Of a stretch of 64,000 nucleotides of DNA, positions 61,092 to 64,000 are shown piece after piece; within the stretch, counting starts at the first letter, position 1, and every line of letters begins with the position of its first letter. The DNA lies in NCBI GenBank assembly GCA_964016885.1, contig OZ024741.1, forward strand, positions 20,212,001 through 20,276,000, in the 5' to 3' direction. A program made the position numbers and the translations under genes. The DNA comes from Eledone cirrhosa. Taxonomy: Eukaryota. The notes under the pieces are model-generated. The model was not told the origin of the DNA. It saw only the letters and a program-made list of their open reading frames with translations, and made no database searches.

Positions 61092-61605
61092 TACAGCTGT
61101 TCCTCACTTAACGACACATCTGGTCGTAAAGTGAATTGTTTAATAAATCCCATCCTTCTTCACTTAACGACACATCTGGTCGTAAAGTGAATTGTTTAGT
61201 AAATCCCATCCTTCTTCACTTAACGACACATCTGGTCGTAAAGTGAATTGTTTAATAAATCCCATCCTTCTTCACTTAACGACACATCTGGTCGTAAAGT
61301 GAATTGTTTAGTTACTAAACTTTACTAAATGTTTAGTTACTAAACTTTAGTAAATGACACCCTTCCTCACTTAAGGACACATCTGGTCGTAAAGTGAATT
61401 GTTTAGTAAATCCCATCCTTCCTCGCTTAACAACTTATCTGGTCGTAAAGTGAATTGTTTAGTAAATGACATCCTTCATTTAACCACAAGGCCAGTTGTG
61501 GAGTATATCGGTTACTATATCAACTCCTTATTTAACAAATATGTTCAATTTTACTCACCTGGTCGTATAGCGAATTTGTTAGTACATGAACTCCTCACTT
61601 AACGA
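61092..61605. repeat. 56-bp tandem repeat with internal hairpin; Tigger/pogo-like terminus
   Basis: CACTTAACGAC-acatctg-GTCGTAAAGTG at 61105, 61161, 61217, 61273, then degenerating; begins TA|CAGCTGTTCCTCACTTAACGAC. Confidence 0.8.
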
Positions 61606-61810
61606 TCAGAATCCAACAGCCTTGTCGACAAAATATCTTTACATGTTATTTCAAAGTTCCCCAATGAATGATAGAGACCATAAGAGTATGAAAGGTAACC
61701 AAGTATCAGTTTTATATTAACTAAATATTAAACACAAAGAAATCCGGGAAAATCTGACGGAAAAGTTATCTTAACAACTGTAAGTTTGTATTATTTTATA
61801 CAACTACTCA

Positions 61811-62726
61811 GAGTGGTGGTTTGGCAGTATCGGTAGAGGGTCGGACACCATGCTAGGGTGGCAGATTGGCAATCTCGGTAGAGGGTCTGACACCATGCTA
61901 GGGTGGTGGATTGGCAGTCTCGGTAGAGGGTCAGACGCCATGCTAGGGTGGTGGATTGGCAGTATCGGTAGAGGGTCAGACGCCATGCTAGGGTGGTGGA
62001 TTGGCAGTATCGGTAGAGGGTCGGACACCATGCTAGGGTGGAGGATTGGCAGTATCGGTAGAAGGTCGGACACCATGCTAGGGTGGTGGATTGGCAGTAT
62101 CGGTAGAGGGTCGGACACTATGCTAGGGTGGTGGATTGGCACTCTCGGTAGAGGGTCTGACGCCATGCTTTGTAAGGGTGGTGGATTGGCAGTATCGGTA
62201 GAGGGTCTGACACCATGCTAGGGTGGTGGATTGGCAGTCTCGGTAGAGGGTCAGACGCCATGCTAGGGTGGTGGATTGGCAGTATCGGTAGAGGGTCAGA
62301 CGCCATGCTAGGGTGGTGGATTGGCAGTATCGGTAGAGGGTCGGACACCATGCTAGGGTGGAGGATTGGCAGTATCGGTAGAAGGTCGGACACCATGCTA
62401 GGGTGGTGGATTGGCAGTATCGGTAGAGGGTCGGACACTATGCTAGGGTGGTGGATTGGCAGTCTCGGTAGAGGGTCTGACGCCATGCTTTGTAAGGGTG
62501 GTGGATTGGCAGTATCGGTAGAGGGTCTGACACCATGCTAGGGTGGTGGATTGGCAGTCTCGGTAGAGGGTCTGACACCATGCTAGGGTGGTGGATTGGC
62601 AGTGTCGGTAGAGGGTCGGACACCATGCTTTGTAAGGGTGGTGGATTGGCAGTATCAGTAGAGGGTCTGACACCATGCTAGGTTGGTGGATTGGCAGTGT
62701 CGGTAGAGGGTCGGACGCCATGCTTT
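61811..62726 (+). repeat. 45-bp minisatellite (about 20 copies, 320-bp higher-order unit) derived from a SINE 5' head
   Basis: Unit GGGTGGTGGATTGGCAGTATCGGTAGAGGGTCGGACACCATGCTA; occasional 50-bp units; last unit continues into a SINE body. Confidence 0.95.
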
Positions 62727-63735
62727 GCAGCAAAGAGTTACGGCCCTTTATGGTCTGAGTTCAAATCCCGCCGAGGTTAACTTTGCCTTTCATCTTTATG
62801 GGGTCGATAAAATAAAATACCAGTAATACACTGGGATAATTGCTGGCCTTGTGCCTAAAGTAGAAACAAATATTTTATACAACTACAAAGACAAAATTCT
62901 GGAAAATATTTGGCTGGACAAAACAAAAAAAACAAAAAAAAACAGACAAAATACGTAAGGTGAAAAGTTGCATGGAAGAAATGTTAAAACGTACATAGCA
63001 TACATATGTGTACTGACAAGAATTTTACCTTTCATCCTCACCGGTAAAATAAAGTACCAGTAATACACTTGAATTGATTTAATCTACTATCCCCTTCCCC
63101 CAAATTGTTGGCCTTGTGCCTAAATCAGAAACCAATATTTAGCAACACATGAGGGCGGTGGAGTGGCAGTATTGCTAGGATGTCGGATAACATGCTTTGT
63201 GGCATAGAGTTACGCCCCTTTACATTCTGAGATCAAATTCCGCCTAGGTAAACTTTGCCTTTGATACTTACGGAGTCGATAAAATAAAGTACCAGTAACA
63301 CATTGGAGTCGATTTAATTAACTTATTCCCCTCCCCCCTAAAATGATTGGCCTGGTGACACACTGAAACAGGGCAGTAGACAGCAGACTCGTTAAATGAC
63401 TGACAAATGTTAAATTGTATTTCTTTCGGCTCTTTACTCTCTGAGTTCAAATCCCACCGAAGTCAATTCTGCTTATCATCCTTCTAAGGTCAATAAAATA
63501 AAGTACCAGTCAATATGGCGTCATAGCAGTATCGATAGAGCGTCAGACAACATGCTTTACGGCATAGAGTCACGGCTCTTTACGTTCTGACTTCAAATTC
63601 CGAGGTTAGCTATGTTTTTCATCCTTACGGGCTCGATAAAATAAAGTACCAGTCACACACTGGGGTTGATTTGATCAACTTTCCTCTTCCCTGAAAATTG
63701 TTGGCCTTGTGCTTAAATCAGAACCCAATATAATC
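62680..63735 (+). mobile_element. Cluster of about 5 co-oriented tRNA-derived Nin/Deu-like SINEs
   Basis: Repeated CTGAGTTCAAAT(C/T)CC...TTTGCCTTTCATCC...GATAAAATAAAGTACCAGT...TGGCCTTGTGCC at about 62680-62870, 63015-63135, 63150-63370, 63370-63512 and 63515-63735. Confidence 0.8.
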
Positions 63736-64000
63736 AACTTTCCTTTTCTCCAGCCCCCGGACACCCAAAACTACTGGCCTTCTACAAACATTAGAAACCA
63801 ATGTTTGTCAATAATATATATGGGAAGAAGAATCGGTGGAGTGCCGGGCTAGAATGATATGTAGTATTTAGTTATCTACCTTTACACTGTAACATTAATT
63901 CACGATATCGACGAGTTTGAATTTTCTACAATTGGACACAATAAAATATAATACTGTGGTCAATATTACACTGTGTGGTGTAATACTAACTATTATAACT

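Noticed and set aside
61804-62733. Pro/His-rich and Gly/Trp-rich 15-aa repeat ORFs
   Set aside because: By-product of the 45-bp SINE-head minisatellite; broken by 50-bp units.

Overview
Gene-free, AT-rich eukaryotic repeat DNA, most likely from a cephalopod (Octopus-like; inferred from the SINE families, the abundant (TA)n/(CA)n tracts and the MITE type). Bases 1-46766 are one head-to-tail 60/62-bp satellite of roughly 720 monomers. It carries 12 copies of a 224-225 bp piggyBac-type MITE (TTAA|CCCTTT...AAAGGG|TTAA), all at the same monomer position and orientation, which points to one insertion multiplied by array duplications. Bases 46767-64000 are a mosaic of two CRE/SLACS-type retrotransposon 3' fragments, a complete non-autonomous Helitron, tRNA-derived SINEs, six minisatellites and several fold-back inverted repeats next to (TA)n. 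Between 54.7 and 60.6 kb lies a cluster of hammerhead ribozyme motifs of the Penelope-like element (PLE) type. Four have intact-looking cores, two of them the U3-A8 variant, and a Penelope endonuclease C-terminal remnant lies among them. None of the listed ORFs looks like a host gene. All calls were made by eye, without database searches.
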